From positions 10,255 through 74,254 of the forward strand of contig CACLFK010000004.1 in the NCBI GenBank assembly GCA_902606105.1: 64,000 bases of DNA. Reading direction: 5' to 3'. Below the pieces are notes generated by a model that worked only from the letters and a program-made list of their open reading frames with translations, ran no database searches and was not told the DNA's origin. How positions within the stretch are numbered: position 1 is the first letter of the stretch; every line of letters begins with the position of its first letter. Source of the DNA: an uncultured Pelagibacteraceae bacterium (GTDB lineage Bacteria; Pseudomonadota; Alphaproteobacteria; Pelagibacterales; Pelagibacteraceae). Positions 42,984 through 53,860 of this stretch are shown here, one piece after another. The position numbers were made by a program, and so were the translations under genes.

Positions 42984-44366
42984 ATGAAGTATATAAGCAC
43001 AAGAGACAAATCAAAAAACTTTGAATTTAAAGATGTTTTTATTAAAGGCCTTGCTGATGATGGTGGTCTTTTTATCCCAGAGACTTTACACAAATATTCA
43101 GAATCTGAAATTAGTGATTTTAAAAAACTAAGTTATTCAGATTTAGCAAAAAAAATTATTCATCCATTTATTGGTAATTTTACTTCAGAAGGTGAGTTAA
43201 GTAAAATAATAGAAAAATCCTACTCAGTTTTCAGAAAAGATAATGTTATTGATCTTATTAAAGTGGGTGACCGTTCGGTGCTTGAATTGTTTCATGGTCC
43301 AACCTTAGCTTTTAAAGATGTTGCAATGCAACTCTTGGGTAATTTTTATGAATTTTATTTAAATAATGAAAATGAAAAGATTAATATTGTAGTTGCTACA
43401 TCAGGAGATACTGGTGCAGCTGCCATAGATGCAATTAAAGGAAAAAAAAACATAAATATATTTGTTCTACATCCTCATAACCGTATTTCACCTGTTCAAA
43501 GAAAATTAATGACAACTGGAAAAGATGAGAATGTATTCAATATTGCTGTAAAAGGTAACTTCGATGATTGTCAAAATTTAGTTAAATCCATGTTTTCAGA
43601 TAAAGAATTTTCTAATCAGATAAACATGTCTGGTGTTAATTCAATTAATTGGGCCCGAATTATTGCGCAAAGTGTATATTATTTTTATTGTTATTTTTTA
43701 GCCGAGGATGACAATCAGCCAATAAATTTTTCAGTACCAACTGGAAATTTTGGAGATGTATATGCAGGTTATTTGGCAAAGAAGTTGGGTCTTCCAATTA
43801 ATAAATTAATAGTAGCCACAAATCAAAACGACATTTTACATAGAGCTATTTCAAAAGGTAAATATGAGGCCGAACATGTCTCTGAAACTATTTCGCCAAG
43901 TATGGACATTCAAATTGCAAGTAATTTTGAGAGATTAATTTATGATTTAAATAATCATGATAGTTCACAAACTTTAGATGATATGAAAACCATTAAACAG
44001 AATGGTAAATATTCAATCGACGATGAGAAATTAAAAAAAATTAATCAAGATTTTTTGTCGGCAAGAATGAGTGAGCAGGAAACACTAGATGTGATAAAAA
44101 ATATTTATGAAAAATTTAATATAGTTTTAGATCCACACACCGCTATAGGGTATGGAGCTTTTGATAAACATGATTTAAAAGGAAACAATATTGTTCTTGC
44201 AACTGCACACCCATGTAAATTTCCAGATGCAATTTTAAAGGCTATAGACTTGAAATCTGATTTACCAAATGAATTAAAGTTTATTTTGGATGAGAAAGAA
44301 AATTATGGTATAATTGAAAATAATCTCAAAGAAATTAAACAATATATTTTAGGAAAAATTAAATGA
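42984..44366 (+). CDS. thrC: Threonine synthase
   Basis: YISTR, LFHGPTLAFKD, ATSGDTG, PTGNFG, TAHP. Confidence 0.97.
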   Translation: MKYISTRDKSKNFEFKDVFIKGLADDGGLFIPETLHKYSESEISDFKKLSYSDLAKKIIHPFIGNFTSEGELSKIIEKSYSVFRKDNVIDLIKVGDRSVLELFHGPTLAFKDVAMQLLGNFYEFYLNNENEKINIVVATSGDTGAAAIDAIKGKKNINIFVLHPHNRISPVQRKLMTTGKDENVFNIAVKGNFDDCQNLVKSMFSDKEFSNQINMSGVNSINWARIIAQSVYYFYCYFLAEDDNQPINFSVPTGNFGDVYAGYLAKKLGLPINKLIVATNQNDILHRAISKGKYEAEHVSETISPSMDIQIASNFERLIYDLNNHDSSQTLDDMKTIKQNGKYSIDDEKLKKINQDFLSARMSEQETLDVIKNIYEKFNIVLDPHTAIGYGAFDKHDLKGNNIVLATAHPCKFPDAILKAIDLKSDLPNELKFILDEKENYGIIENNLKEIKQYILGKIK

Positions 44367-44851
44367 AAATTAAAGAGGGAGATAAAATTCCAAATTCAGA
44401 ATTTTACTATTTAGACGAAACTGGTGCTCCAAAAAAAAAATCTACATCAGAGTTGTTTAATAATAATAAAACAATAGTTATAGGGGTTCCTGGAGCTTTT
44501 ACTAAAGTTTGTTCCGCTAAACATTTGCCAGGCTATGTTAACAATTTTGAAGCTGCTAAAAAAAAGGGGATTACCAAAATTATTTGTGTTTCAGTAAATG
44601 ATCCAAATGTAATGAAAGCTTGGGGTGATAGTCAAAAGGTAGAGGACAAGATTTTTATGGCAGCAGATCCATACTGTGAATTTACTAAATTAATTGGTGC
44701 AGATATTGATAGATTTGACAGAGGTCAAGGAACGCGATCAGCAAGATATACTATGCTGGTTGAAAATAATATTGCAACTAAGATAAAAGCTGAAGAAGAT
44801 ACAGCGACCTGTGAGATGTCAGCTGCTGAGAATTTTTTAGCTTCAATTTAA
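44363..44851 (+). CDS. Peroxiredoxin (Prx5 type)
   Basis: PGAFTKVCS..HLPG, SVND..VM.AW. Confidence 0.92.
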   Translation: MKIKEGDKIPNSEFYYLDETGAPKKKSTSELFNNNKTIVIGVPGAFTKVCSAKHLPGYVNNFEAAKKKGITKIICVSVNDPNVMKAWGDSQKVEDKIFMAADPYCEFTKLIGADIDRFDRGQGTRSARYTMLVENNIATKIKAEEDTATCEMSAAENFLASI

Positions 44852-45268
44852 ATTAGCTGCTTTTTTAGCCAACATATCCACTTCTTCATTTAGAGGGTCT
44901 CCGGCATGTGCTTTAACCCAATTCCATTTTACGTTTAAGGATTGGTTTAGTTTATATAATTCAAGCCATAAATCTTTGTTTTTAACATTATCTTTTTTTG
45001 ATGTTTTCCAGTTATTTAATACCCAAGTATTAATCCACTCAGTAATTCCATTTTTTACATATTTTGAATCTGTAAATATCTCTATTGGATCTTTTGAGTT
45101 TATATTTTTTAAGGCATTAATTGGAGCCATAAGTTCCATTCTGTTATTTGTCGTATTTTTTTCATTTCCACTAATTTTTTTAATTTCTCCATTGATATTA
45201 ATTATTGCAGCCCATCCACCATTTCCTGGATTAGACAGGCAGGAACCATCTGTATAAATTTTAATCAT
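44843..45268 (-). CDS. rnhA: Ribonuclease HI
   Basis: YTDGSC..NPG, TNNRMEL, TDS.YV, WVKAH, NE..D. Confidence 0.97.
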   Translation of the reverse strand: MIKIYTDGSCLSNPGNGGWAAIININGEIKKISGNEKNTTNNRMELMAPINALKNINSKDPIEIFTDSKYVKNGITEWINTWVLNNWKTSKKDNVKNKDLWLELYKLNQSLNVKWNWVKAHAGDPLNEEVDMLAKKAANLN

Positions 45269-46233
45269 CTGGGTAAATAATCTTTATAAGAATTTAAGCT
45301 ATTATGAGTAAGTAGTTTTTGATAATACTCGTTAGGATTTTTTATCTTTATTAAAGCCGTTTTAGGAGTGTTAGAATAATCATAAAGTCTAGTTAATAAG
45401 TAACGCAAAGCCGCCCCTCTACATAGGACATTAATTGCATTTTTTTCCCTAGAGGAAATTTTCTTAATGCTCTCATAGCCTTTAATTAAACTTTTAATTT
45501 TTTGTTTATTCATTGAAAATTTTTTATCAATTAAGTCAAAACATAGGGCGTTAATACAAATTGCAATTTCATACATAAAATAATCGTTTCCAGCAAAGTA
45601 AAAATCAATAATCCCTGAGAGTTTATTGTTTTTGAAAAAGATATTATCAATAAATAAATCTCCATGAATAATTCCGTTTGGTAATTTTTTTGGCCAATGC
45701 TTATTGATATCCTTTAAATTATTTTTCAAAAAAAGGTCTATTTTTGAAAATTTATTGCCTTTAAACTTAATACTTTTTAATAAAGGATTAAGATTTTTTA
45801 CACTCATTGAGTTTTTGCGATAAAGTTTTAGTTTTTTTGTAACCAAATGCATTCTCGCAGTAATTTTTCCGACTGAGTAACAATCTTTGATATTAAGTTT
45901 TTTTTTATCTTTTCCCTCTAAAAAAGAGACAATACAGGCAGTCTTTTTTTTTAATTTTATTAGATAACTATTACTTCTGGTTCTCAGAGGTTTCGGACAA
46001 TCTATTCTAGAGCTATTTAAATTATCCATTAGTTTCATAAAAAAGGGAACCTCTTTTTCTGAAACTCTTTTTTCAAAAATAGTTAAGATAAATTTTTTAT
46101 TTTTTGATTTTAATAAATAATTTGTGTTCTCAATTCCTTGTTTAATTCCTTGAAAGTTTATAATTTTTTCGATATCAAATTTATTATTTATTAGTCTAAT
46201 ATCATTCTTATCTATTTTTGTATAAACAGCCAT
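45265..46233 (-). CDS. thrB: Homoserine kinase type II (APH-like)
   Basis: MAVYT, GIENTNY, HGDLFIDN, IDFYF. Confidence 0.95.
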   Translation of the reverse strand: MAVYTKIDKNDIRLINNKFDIEKIINFQGIKQGIENTNYLLKSKNKKFILTIFEKRVSEKEVPFFMKLMDNLNSSRIDCPKPLRTRSNSYLIKLKKKTACIVSFLEGKDKKKLNIKDCYSVGKITARMHLVTKKLKLYRKNSMSVKNLNPLLKSIKFKGNKFSKIDLFLKNNLKDINKHWPKKLPNGIIHGDLFIDNIFFKNNKLSGIIDFYFAGNDYFMYEIAICINALCFDLIDKKFSMNKQKIKSLIKGYESIKKISSREKNAINVLCRGAALRYLLTRLYDYSNTPKTALIKIKNPNEYYQKLLTHNSLNSYKDYLPR

Positions 46234-47178
46234 TTAATTTAATCTGTTGGGGACTTTAAAAATTACGTTTTCTTTTATTATTTCAACTTCATTTATATTT
46301 ATAGTAAATTTATTTTTTAGTGCATTTATAAAATTTTCAACTAAAATTTCTGGAGCAGACGCACCTGATGATATACCTATTGTATTAAACTTTTCTATCT
46401 CATCATATGGAATTTCACTTTCGGAATGAATTAAGTGAGCATTCTCACAGCCTGATTTTTTGGCAACTTCAACTAATCTTACAGAGTTTGAGGAATTTCT
46501 ACTTCCAATCACAAAAAACATTTCACATTGTTTTGCAATATTCTTTACAGCAGCCTGCCTATTTGTTGTTGCATAACAAATATCTTCCTTCATTGGTTCT
46601 TTCATTGATGGATATTTATTTTTCAAGATTTTTATTATTTCTTTAGTGTCATCTACCGATAGAGTCGTTTGAGTTATATAGGCAATTTTATCAAATTTTT
46701 CAGTGTGATAATTTTTAGCCTCATACTCATTCTGAATTAGTTTTACTGCACCATCTGGGAGCTGCCCCATAGTCCCAACAACTTCTGGATGGTTTTTATG
46801 TCCAATTAAAATAATGTGATATCCGGCTTTATTTAGATTTTCTGCTTCTCTATGTACTTTTGAAACTAAAGGACATGTTGCATCAACATAAGTCATTTTA
46901 TAGTTTTTTGCATCTTCTGGTATTTTTTTGGGAACACCATGAGCAGAAAAAATAACAGGTCTAGTTTTATCCTTAATTTCTTCAAGCTCTTCTACAAATA
47001 TGGCTCCTTTATTTTTAAGGTCGTCAACCACGTGTTTGTTATGAACGATTTCATGTCGAACGTAAACTGGTGCACCAAATTTTTGAATTGATTTTTCAAC
47101 AATTTCAATTGCTCTTTCAACACCTGCGCAAAATCCACGAGGTGCAGATAATAGGATTTTTAATTCTTTATTTTTCAT
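46234..47178 (-). CDS. ispH: 4-hydroxy-3-methylbut-2-enyl diphosphate reductase
   Basis: RGFCAGV, SAHG, DATCPLV, ICYAT, NSSN, GASAP. Confidence 0.97.
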   Translation of the reverse strand: MKNKELKILLSAPRGFCAGVERAIEIVEKSIQKFGAPVYVRHEIVHNKHVVDDLKNKGAIFVEELEEIKDKTRPVIFSAHGVPKKIPEDAKNYKMTYVDATCPLVSKVHREAENLNKAGYHIILIGHKNHPEVVGTMGQLPDGAVKLIQNEYEAKNYHTEKFDKIAYITQTTLSVDDTKEIIKILKNKYPSMKEPMKEDICYATTNRQAAVKNIAKQCEMFFVIGSRNSSNSVRLVEVAKKSGCENAHLIHSESEIPYDEIEKFNTIGISSGASAPEILVENFINALKNKFTININEVEIIKENVIFKVPNRLN

Positions 47179-48103
47179 TTTTTTCTAAAAAATATTCCAG
47201 CAATATATGTGGAAAGGTCAAAGACGCCAAACCTATAAAAATTATTTTTAATATCGCACTGTTTAATTCATAGACATTATTTAGGAAATAAAGACCCACT
47301 AAACAAAAAATAGCAGTCAAAACTGTTAATGGAAAAGCTTTTTTGACAAATAGTATAAAACCATTTTTTAGATTTGTGTTATCCATTTCAAGAGCAAGTG
47401 AAACTGTGTGCCTAATAGAATGTAAAAAACAAAAGTATATAGTAAATGCAACTAATGGAGATAAGTAATAATTTAAAATTATAATTGAGAAGAAATCTAA
47501 AAAAATTGCAAATTTTTTAAAGTTAAATTCAATTAAAAATAAAATGATACTCGATAGTGCACTTAAACTAATAGCTATTTCAATTATTTTATATTTTTCA
47601 ATAAAACTTAAACCTGAGTAAAGTTGTTCATTATCGATTAGTAACATTTTAAATATTGTCACTGTCTCATCAAAATTGAAGTACAAAGGCACAATAATAA
47701 CTAACAAACCTCTAAAAAAATAAAGTAATGAAGTTAAGTTTGAGTTTTTGTTAATTAAAAATTGTGTATCTTCTTTACCAAAATGAAAAGAAGCAACAGC
47801 CAAAAAAACTATTAAAGTAATAGCTGGCACAATAGTCCATATCAATATGACTGAGAGAGCCATAAGTGTGTAAATTAAATAAAAAATATAAAATTTTTTA
47901 ATATTTAAAATTGAAAGAAGTTTTTTACCTTTTAAATGATCTAGGGCACCATGAGAAACACCTATGGTTAATATAAGTAGCAAACAAAATAAGGTTGATA
48001 TATTTAAATTACTAAATTTAAAGACTATTACTGAAAATATATTACAAAATAAAAAAAAAATAAAAGAATGATTTAGATTTATTCTTTTTATTTTATTACT
48101 CAT
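47168..48103 (-). CDS. blh: Beta-carotene 15,15'-dioxygenase (Brp/Blh)
   Basis: GVSHGALDH, FHFG, FCFLHSIRH, LTFPH; multi-TM. Confidence 0.95.
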   Translation of the reverse strand: MSNKIKRINLNHSFIFFLFCNIFSVIVFKFSNLNISTLFCLLLILTIGVSHGALDHLKGKKLLSILNIKKFYIFYLIYTLMALSVILIWTIVPAITLIVFLAVASFHFGKEDTQFLINKNSNLTSLLYFFRGLLVIIVPLYFNFDETVTIFKMLLIDNEQLYSGLSFIEKYKIIEIAISLSALSSIILFLIEFNFKKFAIFLDFFSIIILNYYLSPLVAFTIYFCFLHSIRHTVSLALEMDNTNLKNGFILFVKKAFPLTVLTAIFCLVGLYFLNNVYELNSAILKIIFIGLASLTFPHILLEYFLEKNEK

Positions 48104-48104
48104 A

Positions 48105-49169
48105 TTAAATTAATTCTTTGAAAAATTTCCACTTAGGCATTTTAAGAATAATTTCTAAATCTTCAAAAAAACTGCTTTTATTTGATAAAAAATTAATGGC
48201 TGTCTCAGATTTTGAATTAAAAACTTTGAAAAAAATATTACCCATTTCGTTAGGATTATTTTTAAGAACCCTTAATAATATTTTATCTAAAAAATCATAT
48301 TTTGAATTAATTTTAAATAGATTTACGTTTTTTATATTTTCTATGTTTTTTCTTATGTATCTGCTTTGCTCTTGAATATTTAGGAAAGTATAACCGGTAC
48401 TTAATCTAGTCATGCCTCCTGCTGATCCTATGTTAATTTCATTTGATTTATTAACATTTTTTTGTCTAAAAAGAGGAATGGCTCCTTGTTCTCTAAAATG
48501 TATTTTACATTGTCTTAAGTTTAAATGATTACATAGGTAGTCATCAATTTGTTCATCATAATCATTTAGTGAACTGTTATTGAGTTCTGATATCCAAGTA
48601 GTTTCAACAAGTGCTGTCTTTTTTGTAAAGGGGAGTGTGTAAAAAAAATGCACTCTATTTCTTTGATCACATTTAAAATCCATTAAATTAAATATTTCTT
48701 CATCAAAAAAATCTTTTCGAGTTTCTATCTCCACACCACAAAAATGTTGCCACAACTCGCTTTTTTTATTTTCAAAATTAGGCATACTATTAAATACAAT
48801 TGAATTTGATTTATCTATTTGATCAACACTTTTAAAAAAATAAATATTTTCATTTAATTTAAGTTTTGAAAGTATTTTTTCATAAAATATACCACTATCA
48901 ATCGTCTGATACGGGGTAGATTGGCAATCTACAAATTTTGTTTCATATGTTGTATTTATTGAAAAATTATTCCAACTTTTTTTTACACAATCATCAAAGT
49001 TATGTGGAAAAACCTTCCAAAAAGACCATGTTTTATCTCTTTTATAATCATCTCTTGGTTCGATGATTGCTAAAGTTTTATTTTTTAATTTATTATTAAT
49101 TTCTAGCTCATATGCTAATGAAAGACCCGCACAACCTCCACCAATAATTATGTAGTCAAATTCTCTCAT
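48105..49169 (-). CDS. crtY: Lycopene beta-cyclase
   Basis: IGGGCAGLS, DKTWSFW, LMDF, FFYTLPF, EQGAIP, STGYTF; between crtB and blh. Confidence 0.9.
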   Translation of the reverse strand: MREFDYIIIGGGCAGLSLAYELEINNKLKNKTLAIIEPRDDYKRDKTWSFWKVFPHNFDDCVKKSWNNFSINTTYETKFVDCQSTPYQTIDSGIFYEKILSKLKLNENIYFFKSVDQIDKSNSIVFNSMPNFENKKSELWQHFCGVEIETRKDFFDEEIFNLMDFKCDQRNRVHFFYTLPFTKKTALVETTWISELNNSSLNDYDEQIDDYLCNHLNLRQCKIHFREQGAIPLFRQKNVNKSNEINIGSAGGMTRLSTGYTFLNIQEQSRYIRKNIENIKNVNLFKINSKYDFLDKILLRVLKNNPNEMGNIFFKVFNSKSETAINFLSNKSSFFEDLEIILKMPKWKFFKELI

Positions 49170-50007
49170 TTAAATTTATTTCTTCATTAATTAAATAATG
49201 GTCATGATCAATATTATCATCATTATTATTGGTTAATACAAGTTTAAGTAAATCAATTATTGAAAGTAATGTTTCAACTATTTTTTCTAAATTATTGACA
49301 TAAATTTTTCCTGATTTTTTATAATTTTCAAAGTTTTTTTTGTTTAAAATTTTATAACCAATTTTTCTATAAACTCTTCTTGCAACTAAAATGGAAAATC
49401 TAAAACTTAAGGGTATTTCTTTAATTGAGTAAAAAGAATTTTCATAAAATTTTTCTGATAATTCAATTGTAGATTTTATATTTTCAAAATTTTGATCAAT
49501 GTAGACCCTGTTATTATTAAAATCTTCAATTACATCTCTTGAAATATTTGTTAGTTGCATAGCGATACCAAGATCAATTGCAGATTTTAAAGAATTTTTT
49601 TTATTCACTTTTAGTATTTTTGCCATCATTAGTCCTACAGTACCTGCTACTCGATAAGAATAAATTAATAACTCTTTTTCTGTAGTTAACTTTACCTGTT
49701 CTTTGATATCAGAATTGATACCGTCAAATAAATCATGAATAATTGTAATTGAAATATTATATTCAGAAATTAGATCCCAAATATTTTTAATTATTGGATC
49801 GTCGAAATTTTTATTTTCAAAATTATCTTTAAATTTTTTAAATTTCTCTTTTTTGACTGTAATAGTGTTTTCATCATCTGCAATATTATCAGCTACTCTA
49901 CAAAAATCGTAAAGGGCTGAACACTTTTTATAAGTATCTTTTGGTAAAAAAAAACCAGCCCAGTTAAAAGATTTTGCATATGTTGCTAGATAATTTTTAG
50001 CAGACAT
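49156..50007 (-). CDS. crtB: Phytoene synthase
   Basis: KSF, YDFCRVADNIAD, YRVAGTVG, QLTNISRDV.ED. Confidence 0.95.
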   Translation of the reverse strand: MSAKNYLATYAKSFNWAGFFLPKDTYKKCSALYDFCRVADNIADDENTITVKKEKFKKFKDNFENKNFDDPIIKNIWDLISEYNISITIIHDLFDGINSDIKEQVKLTTEKELLIYSYRVAGTVGLMMAKILKVNKKNSLKSAIDLGIAMQLTNISRDVIEDFNNNRVYIDQNFENIKSTIELSEKFYENSFYSIKEIPLSFRFSILVARRVYRKIGYKILNKKNFENYKKSGKIYVNNLEKIVETLLSIIDLLKLVLTNNNDDNIDHDHYLINEEINLNERI

Positions 50008-51467
50008 TAAAGCAGTTTATCCAAGACTTTTGCTGAGGATAACACTCCGGGTACCCCAGCTCCAGGGTGAGTTCCAGCTCCAACAAAATAAAGTCCGTCA
50101 TAAATTTCAGATTTATTATGAAATCTAAAATATGCAGATTGAGTGAATTTAGGCTGAATTGAAAATCCAGATCCAAATTTTGTGTTTAATTCTTTTTCAA
50201 AATAATCTGGGGTTAAATAAAAATCAGCCACAATATTTTCTCTAAGATTTGGCATTAAATCTTTTTCCATTTTATCAATTACTAAATTTTTCATTTTTTC
50301 ACCTTCAGTTCGCCAATCGATTTTAGATTGATTATTTGGAACTGGGACTAGAACATAAAAACAGTCATTTCCCTCCGGTGCCATAGATTTGTCAGTCGCC
50401 GAGGGTCTGTGGAGATAATAGCTAATATCGTTATTTAATTTCTTATTATTAAAAATATCCTCTAAATGTTCTTTGTATTTATTTCCAAACTTAATTGTAT
50501 GATGCTCAACATTTGGATAAATTTTTTTGGTTCCAAAATAGTAAACGAAAAGACCCATTGAATATTCCATTCTTTTCTTTTTCCAATTAAAAATAAAAGA
50601 GCCTTGACCATTTTTTTCTAACATTTTTTCGTAAAAAGCTGGTGGATCTGCATTACAAACAACGTTTTCAGCCTCAATGATTTCTTGGTTATTTAATTTA
50701 ATACCAGTAATTTTATTACTCTTTGAAATGATCTCAGTAACTTCACTATTTTTGATTATATCAATTCCCTCTTCAAGCATAAGTTTTTCTAGACCTTTAA
50801 TAATATTTCCTGTGCCCCCCATAGAATAATGGATTCCCCATTTTTTCTCTAAGTAAAGTATTAGTCCATAAATTGAAGTAGTGGTGAATGGATTACCTCC
50901 TACCAATAATGGATGCATACTGAGCATTCTTCTTAATTTTTCATTTTTTATAAATGAAGATACTAATGAGTAAACTGATTTATAGCTTTTAAGTTTAAGT
51001 AGCGCTGGAAGTTGTTGCATCATTACAAAAGGTTTGTCAAAAGGGACATCTGCTAACTCTGTAAACCCTTTATCAAAAATTTTTTTGGTAAAACTTACTA
51101 ATTTTTGATATCCTTCAACATCATCTTTACTTATATCCTCTATTTGTTTAACCATATTGTCTTCATCACCAGAATAATTAAATTTAGATTTATCCTCAAA
51201 AATAAATTGGTACCAAATTTTAAGAGGAGATAACTCAATGTAGTTTTTTGGATCTTTTTTAAATAATTCAAACAACTCATTAATTAAGTAGGGTGCGGTA
51301 ATTACAGTTGGGCCACCATCAAATATAAAACCATTTTTCTTAAACACTCTAGCTCTACCACCAAGATCAGGATGTTTTTCAATTAATTTAACTTGATGTC
51401 CTTTTGCCTTCAGGCGTAAAGCTGCAGCAATTCCTCCAAATCCAGATCCAATCACTATAGAATTCAT
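50007..51467 (-). CDS. crtI: Phytoene desaturase
   Basis: VIGSGFGG, FDGGPTVIT, GAGTHPGAGVPGV. Confidence 0.96.
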   Translation of the reverse strand: MNSIVIGSGFGGIAAALRLKAKGHQVKLIEKHPDLGGRARVFKKNGFIFDGGPTVITAPYLINELFELFKKDPKNYIELSPLKIWYQFIFEDKSKFNYSGDEDNMVKQIEDISKDDVEGYQKLVSFTKKIFDKGFTELADVPFDKPFVMMQQLPALLKLKSYKSVYSLVSSFIKNEKLRRMLSMHPLLVGGNPFTTTSIYGLILYLEKKWGIHYSMGGTGNIIKGLEKLMLEEGIDIIKNSEVTEIISKSNKITGIKLNNQEIIEAENVVCNADPPAFYEKMLEKNGQGSFIFNWKKKRMEYSMGLFVYYFGTKKIYPNVEHHTIKFGNKYKEHLEDIFNNKKLNNDISYYLHRPSATDKSMAPEGNDCFYVLVPVPNNQSKIDWRTEGEKMKNLVIDKMEKDLMPNLRENIVADFYLTPDYFEKELNTKFGSGFSIQPKFTQSAYFRFHNKSEIYDGLYFVGAGTHPGAGVPGVLSSAKVLDKLL

Positions 51468-51506
51468 ATTAATAATTTATAGTTTTTTTAGGAAATTGTA
51501 AGTGTA

Positions 51507-52004
51507 TTATGAGCTAATTTTTTTTAGCTGCTCTTTAGTCTCATCTAAATTTTTTTGAAAAACAGCATCGAGTTTTGATTTATCTACTGATGTGGATATA
51601 ATTTTTTTAACTGAGTCCACTGCTATTTTAATTGAAGCATCTTTTATCTCTTTTATCGCTGCTTCTTTCATTTGACTTATTTTATTTTCAGCAAGATATT
51701 TTTTTATCTCAGAAGATTTATGGAATTTATCGTTTAATTCTATTACCAATCTATCCGAGTCTTTTTTTGCTTGATCTAAAATGTCATTACTAACCGTTTG
51801 AGCGGTATCTAATTTTTTTTGTGCATTATCTAGCAAATTCTTTGCTTCAGTTCTTAATTTTTCACTCTCATTAATTTCATTTTTTATATCAGAGATCATC
51901 TTATCTAAAATTTGAGAAACTTTTTGTGGAATTTTTAAATAAATTAAAGCACCAAAAAAGATTACAAATGATACTGCTACCCAAAATGTTGCATCAATTA
52001 CCAT
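51507..52004 (-). CDS. atpF: F0 ATP synthase subunit b
   Basis: MVIDATFWVAVSF followed by charged helix; start moved to ATG 52004. Confidence 0.92.
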   Translation of the reverse strand: MVIDATFWVAVSFVIFFGALIYLKIPQKVSQILDKMISDIKNEINESEKLRTEAKNLLDNAQKKLDTAQTVSNDILDQAKKDSDRLVIELNDKFHKSSEIKKYLAENKISQMKEAAIKEIKDASIKIAVDSVKKIISTSVDKSKLDAVFQKNLDETKEQLKKISS

Positions 52005-52584
52005 AGTATTTATCCCCATTTCTTTTCGATAGATCATCAACAATTGCAGATATGCTACTTCTGTTAACTCCAGAACTAATTAACTTTTCTAAAAGTTCTG
52101 AAGAAGTTTCAATTGCTATTTTATTTATTTTATCTGGAGCGCTAGCTCTTAAAACTTCTATTTCTTTTTCAGCTTTATTAATTTCATCATCAATTTGCTT
52201 ATCTAAAACTTCTTTTTTTGCCATTATATCTTTTAGCGCTCTTTCTCTTGTTTGATTAAACATAGTTTTAGCCTCACTCTTGCTCTTTAATAAAACTTCA
52301 TCATATTCCCTAAGCTTAGCTTCACTATCTTCTCTTTGTTTTTCTGCGGCCTCAATATTTTCTAAAATTTGTGATTTTCTAGACTCTAAATTGTTACTAA
52401 TTTTTGGCAGTATGAATTTTGACAAAACAACATACATAGTTCCAAAAGTAAGTATTAACCAAAAAATTTGAGAAATCCAAAACTCAGGATTTAATTGAGG
52501 CATACCTCCACTTTCAGCTGCAAAAGCCTCTTTAAAAAATAAGAAGCTAAAAAATATCGACTGAAAAAATATTTTTTTAATCAT
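51994..52584 (-). CDS. F0 ATP synthase subunit b'
   Basis: GMPQL...SQIFWL...LPKI; start moved to ATG 52584. Confidence 0.92.
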   Translation of the reverse strand: MIKKIFFQSIFFSFLFFKEAFAAESGGMPQLNPEFWISQIFWLILTFGTMYVVLSKFILPKISNNLESRKSQILENIEAAEKQREDSEAKLREYDEVLLKSKSEAKTMFNQTRERALKDIMAKKEVLDKQIDDEINKAEKEIEVLRASAPDKINKIAIETSSELLEKLISSGVNRSSISAIVDDLSKRNGDKYYGN

Positions 52585-52588
52585 TAAT

Positions 52589-52816
52589 TTAAAACGCAAA
52601 TAAAATGATTAATGCAACTACTAATCCAAATAATCCTGTAGCTTCCGCTAAAGCGAAACCTAAAAGCAAATTAGGAAATTGCTTTTGTGCTGCAGATGGA
52701 TTTCTCATCGCTCCAGACAAATAATTTCCAAAAATTATTCCGATACCTACACCGGCACCTGCTAAAGCAATTGCTGCTAAACCAGCTCCGATCATTTTTG
52801 CTGCTTCTAATTCCAT
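52589..52816 (-). CDS. atpE: F0 ATP synthase subunit c
   Basis: GAGVGIG, RNP, ALAEA (H+-binding Glu); SD AAGGAGG. Confidence 0.98.
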   Translation of the reverse strand: MELEAAKMIGAGLAAIALAGAGVGIGIIFGNYLSGAMRNPSAAQKQFPNLLLGFALAEATGLFGLVVALIILFAF

Positions 52817-52834
52817 TATTTCCTCCTTGGTTAA

Positions 52835-53569
52835 TTAATGGTGTAAATTTAATGCATCGTTTAAATAGATGCAGGTTAAGATTGCAAAGACGTAAGCTTG
52901 AAGAAAAGCAACTAAGATCTCCAAGCCTGTTAATGCAACCGAAAAACTCAGTGGAAGCCAACCACCGACTAATCCAAGACTTATCACAAAGCCTCCGAAA
53001 ACTTTCATCATTGTGTGACCAGCCATCATATTCGCAAATAATCGAACTGATAAACTTATTGGTCTACTCAAATAAGATATAATTTCTATTACTACTATCA
53101 AGGGTAGTAGCACAGCTGGTACCCCACTAGGTACAAATAATTTTAGATAACTAAATCCATGTTTGATAAAGCCAATAATTGTCACTCCAATAAAAATAAA
53201 TGACGCCAAAATAAATGTAACAATTATATGACTTGTTACAGTAAATGTGTAAGGTATCATACCAAACATGTTACAAAAAAGAACAAACATGAATAAAGAA
53301 AATATAAACGCAAAGTAGGGTTTTGCTTTTGATCCAGCTGTATCACTTATCATTTTTGCAACAAATGTATAACTAAGCTCTGCTAGCAGTTGCATTTTAT
53401 TTGGTAATACTGAATTTCTTTTTGAGCCTAAGTTAAAAACAAGTAAAATCGAGACTGTACTAATAATCATAAATAAACTAGCATTAGTAAATGAGATATC
53501 AAATGCTCCAACTTTTATTTCAGGTCCAATTCGATAAACATCGAATTGAGACATTGGGTTTGCTGCCAT
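52835..53569 (-). CDS. atpB: F0 ATP synthase subunit a
   Basis: RPISLSVRLFANMMAGH, LQAYVF. Confidence 0.98.
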   Translation of the reverse strand: MAANPMSQFDVYRIGPEIKVGAFDISFTNASLFMIISTVSILLVFNLGSKRNSVLPNKMQLLAELSYTFVAKMISDTAGSKAKPYFAFIFSLFMFVLFCNMFGMIPYTFTVTSHIIVTFILASFIFIGVTIIGFIKHGFSYLKLFVPSGVPAVLLPLIVVIEIISYLSRPISLSVRLFANMMAGHTMMKVFGGFVISLGLVGGWLPLSFSVALTGLEILVAFLQAYVFAILTCIYLNDALNLHH

Positions 53570-53575
53570 AAGTAT

Positions 53576-53851
53576 TTATTTTTGCATATTTTTTGCAGAC
53601 CTAATTACGTTCGTTATTCCAGCAACTACTCCCACAAAAAAAAATATTAATATAAACCAGGGTTTAGTACCAAAGGTCTTATCAAAAATAAACCCAATAA
53701 TTGTCCCTACAGCAACTGCAGCGACCAGTTCAGTGCTTAATTTAAAGGCTGTTCCAATAGGTGAGGGATTGTTTTTTTTATTAAAAAGATTTCTCTTCGA
53801 AATCTTGTTTTTTGCAATCTGTAGGCGAGTTTTTAACGGATCTTTTGGCAT
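53576..53851 (-). CDS. atpI: AtpZ/AtpI family protein
   Basis: ELVAAV.VG..IG...D..FGTKPW; upstream of atpB. Confidence 0.88.
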   Translation of the reverse strand: MPKDPLKTRLQIAKNKISKRNLFNKKNNPSPIGTAFKLSTELVAAVAVGTIIGFIFDKTFGTKPWFILIFFFVGVVAGITNVIRSAKNMQK

Positions 53852-53860
53852 TTGTATAGT

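Noticed and set aside
47168-51467. Proteorhodopsin gene next to the crt/blh cassette
   Set aside because: No 7-TM opsin ORF, and no unassigned space for one in this window
52671-53082. ORFs 52671-52961 (-) and 52687-53082 (+)
   Set aside because: Alternative-frame and antisense overlaps of atpE/atpB with no recognisable motifs
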